Origin: Myxococcota bacterium | GTDB lineage: Bacteria > Myxococcota_A > UBA796 > SXON01 | Assembly: GCA_040386535.1 (NCBI GenBank) | Contig: JAZKFH010000019.1 | Coordinates: 226,186-290,185, forward strand | Length of the DNA stretch: 64,000 nucleotides | Reading direction: 5' to 3' | Part shown: piece after piece, positions 27,301 through 34,214 of the stretch | How the letters are laid out: each line of letters begins with the position of its first letter | How positions within the stretch are numbered: the first letter of the stretch is position 1 | Notes under the pieces: generated by a model | Databases searched by the model: none | What the model was told of the DNA's origin: nothing | Seen by the model: only the letters and a program-made list of their open reading frames with translations | Program-made: the position numbers and the translations under genes

Positions 27301-28262
27301 TGTTCTGCGATGTCGTGACCGACTCCTCCGACGCCGACGGCGACGGGGTCGACTACGACATCAGCTGGACGGTCGACGGCGCGGCGTACCCGGGCGTGTT
27401 CACCGGCACGACCGGCCCGACCACGACCAACTGGCTGGACGACACGATCCCCGCCGCAGACACCCACTTCGGCATCACCTGGCAATGCACGGCCATCCCG
27501 TTCGACGCCGGCGGCGACGGCCCGAGCGCGATCGCGAGCGTCGACGTGGATCCCGCGTCTTGCTCGGGGACCGCGCCGGGCCCGGTGTGCTCTGGTGAGA
27601 CCGTGAGCGTGGCCTACCTGCCTGGGTGGTCCAGCACCCACACCAGCTCCGCCTCGCTGATCTGGTCGAACCTCGAAACCAACTCCCTCCTGTACGGGGA
27701 CTGCACCATCGACATCACGTCGGTCGGCTCCAGCTTCACGCTCGCGACGCTCTCGGCGTACGACGCGATCATCGTCAGCGATCCGTCCGGCGGATCGCGG
27801 TTGTACACGTCCGCCGAGCAGACGGCCATCCGCGACTACCTCGAGGGGGGCTACGGAGGCGCCTACGCGTCCTTCCTGTTGAAGTACCTGACGTTCGACA
27901 ACAGCCCCCTGATGGACCTCTTCGGCATCGACCCCACCGGCATGGGCGATGGGTCCAGCCCGACCTCGGGGACCGCGTCCGTGGTCGACGCGAGCCATCC
28001 GGTCGCGGACGGCCTCCCCGCGAGCTTCTCCTTGCTCGGCTACGGGCAGGAGCAGGTCAACGCGGGCGGCTGGACCGCCGCCGACCTGGGCACCTGCGCC
28101 GAGTTCGTGATGTACGGGGCGGGCCAGAGCGCCGTCATCGCGAACGACGACTACAACTGGCGCTCCGTGTACTTCACGGGCATGCCCGAGTACAACAATG
28201 CGGGCACGGACTCGCGCCAGGCCATCTACAACGCCCTCCTCTGGGCGGCGGGGTACCAATGA
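21351..28262 (+). CDS. Giant Ig-like repeat surface lipoprotein (putative adhesin), 2303 aa
   Basis: LVLAAC lipobox; 4 PKD/Big-like domains; about 18 ~91-aa NxAP...TLTC...DxDGD...YxYxW...CxVTPxDG domains; distinct C-terminal ~230-aa alpha/beta domain. Confidence 0.9.
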   Translation: MPARGALALLVLAACGGDTTITRRNDAPLATIMAPSSGTEVVDGATVVFAGTVFDADDAAGDLVARWLSGSDELCAAAPVAEDGTTACEVELGRGDEEIVLEGRDPDNAVGIASVDLVILASGAPDVELLAPDGVGPYYADHEVAFAAVVGDAEDDATALSVRWVDPDGAVLDIDATPDADGALAGAWAFDTGGHAVTLTVTDTTGKTASTTIAFQVGGANVPPGCSITAPVDGLQVGQGIDVAFTGTVLDPDVTEDRLAATWSSDLDGVLAAGNADVDGNVAFTTATLTGGQHTITLTGTDEVGATCADSIVVEVSAPPTVDIDLPVDGDVYNDGAAAAFSATVADDSTASDALLLTWESDLDGVLDTTPADGAGVAGFDAAWLSVGTHTVTLTVTDEAGLSTSASAWFVVNGLPTAPTVAIDPVAAGGNDDLTATVSGAAVDPEGDPITYTYAWYVDGAATAYTGDTVPASATTRGEVWEVYVTPNDGYGDGASGTASVTIDNSAPTLADVSLTPDPAYETDTLTCTPGVAADTDGDAITYTYAWSVDGVTLADTSTTLDASAWERGDRVVCTVTPTDGTDAGAAVDSAALTISNSVPSLADIAITPASPEAGDTLTCTATGFADADGDGDQSVYEWTVEGAYAGSGPTLAGGFLGGDEVICAVTPYDGLDYGEVLSDAVTIENAAPVLAGVTLSPASPTEADLLVCTPGLTTDLDGTTSFSYTYGWTVDGVVLAATTSTLDSSAFAKRDVVTCDATPNDGTDDGVTVASNPVTAINTPPEVLSATLSPTSPDTDASLTATVSAADLDGDGVSLRYAWYVNGMFVGSGDTLDGAASFENGDSVYLVVTPNDGDEDGAPHRSDAVVIANTLPVIATVTLTPSPAYEETTLTCAPTATDADGDPITYTYGWTVDGAAVSATGATLTGADFDKEAAVVCSATPNDGSGSGAVSNSNVVTISNTAPVMTSVALTPASASESSTLTCTPAATDADSDAVSYAYAWYVNGAANARTTSTLTGTYFDGGDSVYCRVTPTDGTTAGTALASDTVTIGNTAPVLSAVVLTPASATVASTLTCTPTASDADGDTISYGYAWYVNSAAIAATSATLTATSFDAGDTVYCRVTPNDGTTAGTASNSNTVTIDNTAPVISAVTLTPTTAYEANTLTCTPTATDVDGDAITYTYAWSVNAASIASTSSTLTGAYFDRDDAVLCRVTPNDGTVSGTASNSNTVTISNTAPVVSSVSLTPTSADEASTLTCTPTATDADSDAVTYTYAWYVNGTANARTTSTLTGTYFDGGDTVYCRVTPTDGTTAGTASNSNTVTIGNTAPVLSAVVLTPASPTVASTLTCTPTATDADGDTISYGYAWYVNSAAIAATSATLTATSFDAGDTVYCRVTPNDGTTAGTASNSNTVTIDNTAPVISAVTLTPTTAYEANTLTCTPTATDVDGDAITYTYAWSVNAASIASTSSTLTGAYFDRDDAVLCRVTPNDGTVSGTASNSNTVTISNTAPVVSSVSLTPTSADEASTLTCTPTATDADSDAVTYTYAWYVNGTANARTTSTLTGTYFDGGDTVYCRVTPTDGTTAGTASNSNTVTIGNTAPVLSAVVLTPASPTVASTLTCTPTATDADGDTISYGYAWYVNSAAIAATSATLTATSFDAGDTVYCRVTPNDGTTAGTASNSNTVTIDNTAPVISAVTLTPTTAYEANTLTCTPTATDADGDAITYTYAWYVNSALIAPTSTTLSGTYFSKANTVYCRVTPNDGTTAGTASNSNTVTISNTAPVVSSVSLTPTTAYEASTLTCSPAATDADGDAITYTYAWYVNSALIAPTTSTLTGTYFSRTNTVYCRVTPNDGTTAGTASTSNTVTISNTAPVISAVSLTPTTAYETSTLTCTPTATDADGGSITYTYAWVVGGSTIAPTSSTLTGTYFNRGNAVYCRATPSDGVTSGSAVASNTVTIANSLPGAPVLAISPTAPMAGVDDLFCDVVTDSSDADGDGVDYDISWTVDGAAYPGVFTGTTGPTTTNWLDDTIPAADTHFGITWQCTAIPFDAGGDGPSAIASVDVDPASCSGTAPGPVCSGETVSVAYLPGWSSTHTSSASLIWSNLETNSLLYGDCTIDITSVGSSFTLATLSAYDAIIVSDPSGGSRLYTSAEQTAIRDYLEGGYGGAYASFLLKYLTFDNSPLMDLFGIDPTGMGDGSSPTSGTASVVDASHPVADGLPASFSLLGYGQEQVNAGGWTAADLGTCAEFVMYGAGQSAVIANDDYNWRSVYFTGMPEYNNAGTDSRQAIYNALLWAAGYQ
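24591..26488 (+). repeat. 819-bp apparently exact tandem repeat, about 2.3 copies, inside the giant lipoprotein
   Basis: Identical blocks start at 24591, 25410 and 26229; shadow ORFs 24614-25159 and 25433-25978 translate identically; diverges at 26489. Confidence 0.92.
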
Positions 28263-28927
28263 ACATCCGCAGTCTCGTCCTGCTCTCTCTCGCGTGTGTC
28301 GGCTGCACGGACGACGGTCTGAACGTCCGCAACAACGAGCCGGTGGCAACCGTGGTGTACCCGTCCGCGGGCGCCGAGCTCGTGGAGGGCTACGTGACGA
28401 CGCTCCTCGGGTCGGTCACGGACACCAACGATCACTCCGAGGACCTCGTCGCCACCTGGCTCCTCGGGGACGAGGTGTTGTGCGAGGAGGCACCGATCGG
28501 CGCCGACGGGTCGACCGTGTGTGAGGCCACGTTCGAGCCAGGCGAGATCGAGGTCACGCTGACCACCCTGGACCCGGACGATGCCACGGGCGCGGCCACC
28601 ACCCCGCTCACGGTATCCCCAAACCAGGCCCCGGTCGTGCAGGTGTTCACTCCCGACGGAACGGGCCCCTACCACACCGACGCGTACATCGTGTTCGAGG
28701 CCATCGTCTCGGACGTCGAGGTCGATCCGTCCGCGCTGGCCGTGGCGTGGCTCGACGCGTCAGGCGCGATGCTCGACATCGACGACGTGGTCGACACGGA
28801 CGGGTTCCTGTCCGGGGCGATCCAACTCGCGGCGGGCACCCACGTGATCAGCCTGACGGCCACGGACGGCCCCGGCCTTACCGGGAGCGCGTCGGTGACG
28901 CTCGAAGTGACCGATCCGGTGGAGTGA
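28259..28927 (+). CDS. Short lipoprotein paralogous to the first two domains of the giant adhesin
   Basis: ATGA overlap with the upstream stop; LACVGC lipobox; NNEPVATVVYPSAG...DLVATW...LC...DGSTVCE...PDGTGPY aligns with NDAPLATIMAPSSG...DLVARW...LC...DGTTACE...PDGVGPY. Confidence 0.88.
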   Translation: MNIRSLVLLSLACVGCTDDGLNVRNNEPVATVVYPSAGAELVEGYVTTLLGSVTDTNDHSEDLVATWLLGDEVLCEEAPIGADGSTVCEATFEPGEIEVTLTTLDPDDATGAATTPLTVSPNQAPVVQVFTPDGTGPYHTDAYIVFEAIVSDVEVDPSALAVAWLDASGAMLDIDDVVDTDGFLSGAIQLAAGTHVISLTATDGPGLTGSASVTLEVTDPVE

Positions 28928-28959
28928 GGCCTGCCGCCAACCATCCGAATTTCTTGCCG

Positions 28960-29151
28960 CTACATGCAGTCCAGGTCCGTGCACTCGATGGACCCGTCCT
29001 CCAGGCACGTGCAGGAGATGACAGGACAATCGACATCCTCCCAAGTCTCGCCCACGGCGCGTTCGACGCCGGAGTCGTCCACACACACGATGGGGGCGGC
29101 GGAGTCTTCGGGGGAGGTTCCGGTACAGGCGAGGAGGAGCGCGAGCAGCAT
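28960..29151 (-). CDS. Small Cys-rich lipoprotein, pacifastin/VWC-like
   Basis: MLLALLLAC, then C...VGETWEDVDC...CTC...GSIECTDLDC (6 Cys). Confidence 0.7.
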   Translation of the reverse strand: MLLALLLACTGTSPEDSAAPIVCVDDSGVERAVGETWEDVDCPVISCTCLEDGSIECTDLDCM

Positions 29152-29214
29152 GAGATCCCAGGTCCGCGCGGACCATAGGCGCGACTGAAGCGATCCGCTA
29201 CCCGCCGCTCCGCG

Positions 29215-29694
29215 TCAGTCGTGCTTCATGAGCGCGACGAGCTGGTCCGCCACGGTGCCCCACCCGTCGTAGAACCCCATGTCGGCGTGCTGCGTGCAGA
29301 GGGCCTCGTCGGAGTGCCGCGCGATCGCGCGGTAACGGGTGCCGGTGCCCTCGGGTTCGAGGAGCAGGATCCCGGTGATGAAGGGGCTGCCGGACGGGCG
29401 GAACCCCGGCCGCAGCGCGTCCGTCCACACGAGGCGTCGGTTCGGGATCACCTCGAGGTAGCAGGCGTCCTGCGGGTGCGCCTCGCCGTCGGGCCCGCGC
29501 CGCACGCACCGGAACGCCCCGCCCGGACGCAGATCGACCTCACAATCGGTGGTGGTCCAGGGCTTCGGGCAGAACCACTGTTCGAGCAGGGCCGGGGTGG
29601 TCCAGGCGCGCCACACCAGCTCCGGCGGCACGTCCACGAAACGCTCCAGCACGAGGTCCAGGCGGGGGTCGAGATCGATGGCGATGGGGGTCAT
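29215..29694 (-). CDS. SRPBCC (AHSA1-like) protein
   Basis: DLVLERFVDVPPELVWRAWT...WFCPKPW...MGFYDGWG; ATGA overlap with ArsR. Confidence 0.92.
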   Translation of the reverse strand: MTPIAIDLDPRLDLVLERFVDVPPELVWRAWTTPALLEQWFCPKPWTTTDCEVDLRPGGAFRCVRRGPDGEAHPQDACYLEVIPNRRLVWTDALRPGFRPSGSPFITGILLLEPEGTGTRYRAIARHSDEALCTQHADMGFYDGWGTVADQLVALMKHD

Positions 29695-30020
29695 GACTTG
29701 GTCTCCTTGAGGGTGAGCAGCAGGGCGTCGAGCTGATCGAGGCGCACTTCCCAGAGCTTCCGCTGCTCGGCGAGCCAAGACTCGGCCTCCGCGAGGCCCG
29801 CCGGCGCGAGCTCGTACGTGCGGATGCGGCCCTGCTTGCGTGACCGGACGATGCCGGCGAGCTCGAGCACGCGGAGGTGCTGGCAGAAGGTGGGGAGCGC
29901 CATGTCGAACGGCCGCGCCAGCTCCCCCACGTGGGCCGGCCCGTGCCCCAGCCGCGCGACGACGGCGCGCCGCGAGGGGTGGGCGAGGGCGTGGAAGATG
30001 GCGTCGACGGCTTCGGACAC
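29691..30020 (-). CDS. ArsR/SmtB family regulator
   Basis: IFHALAHPSRRAVV...FDMALPTFCQHLRVLELAGIV. Confidence 0.9.
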   Translation of the reverse strand: MSEAVDAIFHALAHPSRRAVVARLGHGPAHVGELARPFDMALPTFCQHLRVLELAGIVRSRKQGRIRTYELAPAGLAEAESWLAEQRKLWEVRLDQLDALLLTLKETKS

Positions 30021-30047
30021 AACACTTAGTCACATGACTTAGTGTTG
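30020..30047. promoter_or_regulatory. Imperfect 28-bp inverted repeat CAACACT-T-AGTCA-CA-TGACT-T-AGTGTTG, ArsR operator
   Basis: AT-rich near-palindrome abutting the ArsR start; TTGACG on the minus strand at 30049-30054. Confidence 0.75.
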
Positions 30048-30113
30048 CCGTCAAGGGGGCGGACGTCCTGCATCCGACGCGCCGGTGGAAGCATCGCCCG
30101 AACCCCGTCCCCC

Positions 30114-31103
30114 CTACTCCGACGCGACCCGCAGCCGCCGGCCGAGCGCGAGGGCCACCACGCGCACGATCTCGAGGTCCGTGGCGTGAAAGCCGTCGGG
30201 GGCGTTGAGCAGCTCGAGGCAACCGAAGATGGGGCCGTCCACCACGCGGATCGGCATCGCGAGGGCCGAGCGGGTGCGGTAGCCCGACGCGGAGTCGACC
30301 GTGGAGGTGAAGCGGCCGTCGGTGTCGACGTCCTGGACGATGAGACCGAGGCCCGAGGTGAACGCGAAGCCCGCGATCCCCGTGGCCGCGGGGAGCGTGG
30401 TCCCGAGCACGCGGCTCGCACGCGGCCCCACTGCGGCCACGAAGCTCAAGCTCCGCGTCTGGTAGAGCCGTTGGAGCACCGCGCCGCTCTCGGCCTCCAC
30501 CAGCTCGGTGACGATGCGCAAGGCGATCTCGCAGGCGCTGTCGGCGTCCTCGGCGGCCTGGATCTCCTCGCGGCGCGCCAAGGCCTCGGTGAGCCGCGCG
30601 GGGGCGGTGCTCTTGGCGCGGGCCTCTGCGCTCATGGGTTCGGCGGCGCCCACGGGTTCCTCGGCAACCGGCTCGTCCGCGACCTCGGCGCCAGGCTCTT
30701 CCTCCGGGGCGGCCACATCGGGAAGGGTCTCGGCCGCGGGAACCTCGGCGGGGCTCGCCGGAGCAGCCCGGCGGGCCCGCGGTGCGCGCGCGGGAACGGG
30801 CGGGGAGACCGGCTGGGCGGCGGACTGTTCCTCCGCGGCCTCGGCGGCGGGAGGCTCGGGGAGGGTGTCGGGGATGTCCAGGACCGTTGCGGCGTCCTCC
30901 GCCTCCACGTCGATCCGCACCGGGATCCGGCTCGTGGCATCCACCACCGTGACAGTGCCGTCCGGCCCCATCGAGCAGACCAATTGGTCGAGCGAAGAGG
31001 GGTCGAGCCCGAGCTGCGGAAGGGACAGCGCCACCGCGAAGAGCCAATTGTCGGACTCGACGGATACCTGAACGCCGTTCCCAGAGACCTTGTACGTTTT
31101 CAT
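30114..31103 (-). CDS. GAF-domain protein (small N-domain, Pro/Ala/Glu linker, C-terminal GAF)
   Basis: GIAGFAFTSG...VDTDGRF...VDSASGYRTRSALAMPI...GCLELLN. Confidence 0.85.
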   Translation of the reverse strand: MKTYKVSGNGVQVSVESDNWLFAVALSLPQLGLDPSSLDQLVCSMGPDGTVTVVDATSRIPVRIDVEAEDAATVLDIPDTLPEPPAAEAAEEQSAAQPVSPPVPARAPRARRAAPASPAEVPAAETLPDVAAPEEEPGAEVADEPVAEEPVGAAEPMSAEARAKSTAPARLTEALARREEIQAAEDADSACEIALRIVTELVEAESGAVLQRLYQTRSLSFVAAVGPRASRVLGTTLPAATGIAGFAFTSGLGLIVQDVDTDGRFTSTVDSASGYRTRSALAMPIRVVDGPIFGCLELLNAPDGFHATDLEIVRVVALALGRRLRVASE

Positions 31104-31339
31104 CGTAACTCCACGCCCGGGAGTAACGCGAGGTTATACCGCTACGAGCGTGCTTGTTGCCGAGAAGTGATGCCAGTCCGCCGACCCTGTGTGGAGGGGT
31201 TCCGGATTGTCGGAACTTGTGCTCCGCGGGGCCGGCCGGGGTACCGCGGCGCGTAGTCGCGGTGCCGGGCAACGAGCCCGGGGACGGTCGCCGCGGCCGG
31301 GTCGACCCCGGCTACGGGCGACCGCGGCCAGACTGCGTG

Positions 31340-31630
31340 CTATCCGCCGAAGCACGACTCGATGACGTCGCGGTCGATGTTGCAGTGGGCCATGATGGCC
31401 TCCTTCGCGGTCTTGCACATCGCGTCGTAATAGCCGCGCCACACGAAGCGGCTGCCCTTGCCGGTGAGCTCGTTCGCCTGCTCCTTGTAGTGGGCGATGG
31501 CCGTGCGGTAGTCGTCGCACTCGTCCGGCTCGCCGCTCCAATCGCCGAACACGTCGTCGATGGTGGGGAGGTCGGGGATGTCCTGGGCCTGGGCGGACGA
31601 GAGGAACGAGACGAGGGCGAGGGTGAGCAT
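31340..31630 (-). CDS. Small secreted Cys-containing protein (96 aa)
   Basis: GGAG 6 nt before ATG; MLTLALVSFLSSAQA signal; 4 Cys. Confidence 0.65.
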   Translation of the reverse strand: MLTLALVSFLSSAQAQDIPDLPTIDDVFGDWSGEPDECDDYRTAIAHYKEQANELTGKGSRFVWRGYYDAMCKTAKEAIMAHCNIDRDVIESCFGG

Positions 31631-31702
31631 CTGGATTCTCCGAGTGGGTGTTCGTCGGCACCGCGCCGACACAACCCATGTACGGGGTCACCCTCCCGCT
31701 GT

Positions 31703-31749
31703 CGGTTTCAGCGCGGTTGCGAAGCGGTTGCAAGTCGGGCCTGCAACCG
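31703..31749 (-). promoter_or_regulatory. Three heptamers G(C/A)AACCG at 11-bp period plus one inverted copy; candidate winged-helix activator site
   Basis: Plus strand CGGTTTC 31703, CGGTTGC 31714, CGGTTGC 31725; inverted GCAACCG at 31743. Confidence 0.6.
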
Positions 31750-34164
31750 AACGTCGTGCGAACGCGCCGCGAGCGCGGGGTCGGCCGGTGTGCCGTCCAC
31801 GATCCCCCACATGGCCGCGCCGACCTCGTCGTGGGGGCCGGGGCGCTCCACCGGCTCGAGGAGGGCGAGGGTGGCGGCGGCACGCGCGAGCCCCTCGCCA
31901 TCTCCGCGCTCCCGGAGCGTCGTCACCCCCTCCCGGAGGGCCTCCCGCGCACCACCGGCGCCCGTGAGCGCCCGCGCACGCCCCGACATCCAGGCCGCCC
32001 ACCCGGCCATGCGGCGGTCCCCGACCTCCTCGAACGCGAGCCGCGCGCGGGCAAAGGTGTCCAGCGCCTCGAGCGCGCCGCGCTCCAGCGCCAGGTCACC
32101 CGCGGTGAGCAGCACGTAGCCCTCGCTCCGGCGGTTCCCGAGCGCGCGATGCAAGGCGAGGGCCTCCGCCACGAGCGCCGCGGCCTCGTCCAGGGCGCCC
32201 ACGTCGAGGCGACGGAGACCCAGGTTCCCCAGGAGTTGTCCGAGGCACATCCGGTCGTTCGCCTCCCGGAAGAGCGCCTCCGCGCGCGCGTAGTGGGCGT
32301 CGGCGAGCGCGCCGGCTCCGCGTGCGGCGTACACGTTCCCGAGGTTCGTGTGGACGCGCCCCCGGTTGGATCCGTTGGTCTGTTCCACCATCCGCGCGAG
32401 CGTGGCGGTGAAGGCGGCCTCGGCGCCGTCGAGGTCACCCCGGACGAGGCGCGCGTTGCCAAGGTTCGCGAGGAAGATCCGGGCGTCGTGGGCCCGCCCG
32501 GCCGCGTCGAGTATGGCCACGGCCGCCGCGAAGCGCTCGCTGGCCCGGTCGGGATCGCCCGCGTAGGCGGCGAGGTTGCCGAGCTGCCCGAGCGCGAGCC
32601 CCTCGGTCGCACGGTCGCCGTCCCGTCGTGCAAAGGCGAGCGCCTCGTCGAGGTCTATGGTGGCGGCGGCGCGGTTGCCCGCGAGGGCGTGGGCCATCCC
32701 GCGCGCCCAGCGCAGCACCGCGTCGTCGGGGGCGAGCGCCACGGCGCGGTCGAGCCGGGCCGCGCGGCGTGCGATCGGCTCGTCGGGGCCGAAGCGGTCC
32801 GCGGGCAGCTCCCGGGCGAGGGGCACGACGTCCGCCGGATCCCTGGCCCGGTCCAGCGCCACGAGCCGCTCAGGGAGCGGCGCCTCGGCCCCACGCGTCC
32901 AGGCGATGTGGGCAGCCTCGCCGGCCGCGCACTCGGTGGGGTCGACCGTCCGGAGCCACGCGCGCACGGGAGGGGAGTAGGCGAAGCGCCCGTCGGCCTC
33001 GCGGAGGAGCCAGTGGTGGCGCACGAGCGCGTCGTGCGCGTTCGCGAGGGTGACCGTGTCGAGACCGGCGATCGCCTCGGCGGCGTCGAAGTCGAAGGGG
33101 GTCGCGAAGGCGAGCGCGCGGAGGAGCAGCCGGCGCTCGGCGGGCACGAGCAGGGTCCACGACCAGGCGAGGAGCGCGTCGAGCGAGGCATGGCGCGCCT
33201 CGGGGTGGCCCGGGGTGGACACGAGGCCGACCGCACCGTCCACGAGCCGCCGTCGGAGGGCCTCGGGGCGCACGACGCCGAGCCGCCCGGCGGCGTGTTC
33301 GAGCGCGAGGGGCAGGTTGCCGAGGGCGGCGGCGAGCGCGGCGAGCGCGCGGTCCTCGTCGTCGAGCGGGATGGGGGCGCGGGCCCGGAGGAGGGCCACG
33401 CTGTCCGGCTCGGCGAGGAGCGGAACCTCCCAGGCGGGGGTGCGCGTGGGCGTGATGCGCGAGGTGAGGAGGACGTGGCACGGAGGCGGGGCGCCCGCGC
33501 GGGCCAGCAGCTGATCCACGCCGTCGGCCACGTGCTCCGCATTGTCCAACACGAGCAGGCCGACCGCGCGGCATGCCGGCCAGATCGCCCCCGGCGGGAC
33601 GCCGAGCGCCGTCGCGACGAGCGGGGCGACGCCCTCGGAGTCCGTCGCCCCAGTGAGATCGACGAACACCCCCGCGAGGAGCCGCGCCAGGCGCGTCTTT
33701 CCGACGCCTCCGGGCCCGACGAGCGCGAGCACGGCGGGTGGTCCGCCGCGCCACTCTCCCAGCGCCGCGACGAGCTGATCGCGCCCGTAGAGGGTGTCGG
33801 GGCCGAGGGTGGGGGGCACCGCCTCCACGCGGGCCGCCGCCGTGGCGTTGTCCTCCACGAGCCGCACGCCATCGAGGCGGTAGCCCCGGCCCGGTGCGGC
33901 GACGAGGTGCACCGGCGCGCTCGGCTCGGGCTCGAGCTTCCGCCGGAGCCGGTGCACGGTGAAGTCCACGGCGCGGCTCGGCAGGCCGGCCCGGTAGCCC
34001 CACACCTCGCGCAACAGCGTGTCGCGGGCGCAGTCGCGGCCCGCGTGGCGCGCGAGGTGGCCGAGCAGCGCGATCTCCATCGCCGTGAGCGCGAGCACGT
34101 TCGTGCCCCGTTGGATCTCCCCGCGGGTGAGGTCCACCCGGGCCGCGCCGAGCACGAACAGCAT
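31708..34164 (-). CDS. Winged-helix (OmpR-type) - P-loop NTPase (NB-ARC/STAND-like) - TPR transcriptional regulator
   Basis: LLREVWGY...SRAVDFTVHRLRRKLE...GRGY; Walker A GPGGVGKT; LLVLDNAEH; LGNLPLALE; TPR-like repeats. Confidence 0.88.
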   Translation of the reverse strand: MLFVLGAARVDLTRGEIQRGTNVLALTAMEIALLGHLARHAGRDCARDTLLREVWGYRAGLPSRAVDFTVHRLRRKLEPEPSAPVHLVAAPGRGYRLDGVRLVEDNATAAARVEAVPPTLGPDTLYGRDQLVAALGEWRGGPPAVLALVGPGGVGKTRLARLLAGVFVDLTGATDSEGVAPLVATALGVPPGAIWPACRAVGLLVLDNAEHVADGVDQLLARAGAPPPCHVLLTSRITPTRTPAWEVPLLAEPDSVALLRARAPIPLDDEDRALAALAAALGNLPLALEHAAGRLGVVRPEALRRRLVDGAVGLVSTPGHPEARHASLDALLAWSWTLLVPAERRLLLRALAFATPFDFDAAEAIAGLDTVTLANAHDALVRHHWLLREADGRFAYSPPVRAWLRTVDPTECAAGEAAHIAWTRGAEAPLPERLVALDRARDPADVVPLARELPADRFGPDEPIARRAARLDRAVALAPDDAVLRWARGMAHALAGNRAAATIDLDEALAFARRDGDRATEGLALGQLGNLAAYAGDPDRASERFAAAVAILDAAGRAHDARIFLANLGNARLVRGDLDGAEAAFTATLARMVEQTNGSNRGRVHTNLGNVYAARGAGALADAHYARAEALFREANDRMCLGQLLGNLGLRRLDVGALDEAAALVAEALALHRALGNRRSEGYVLLTAGDLALERGALEALDTFARARLAFEEVGDRRMAGWAAWMSGRARALTGAGGAREALREGVTTLRERGDGEGLARAAATLALLEPVERPGPHDEVGAAMWGIVDGTPADPALAARSHDVRLQARLATASQPR

Positions 34165-34214
34165 CACGTCGGCTCCTATCCCGGAGATCGACGACGGGAG
34201 GATACGCGGACCCG

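Noticed and set aside
31286..31323. GC-rich hairpin as an ncRNA
   Set aside because: Its position just after the 31340 stop is adequately explained as a terminator-like stem; no recognisable RNA family features.
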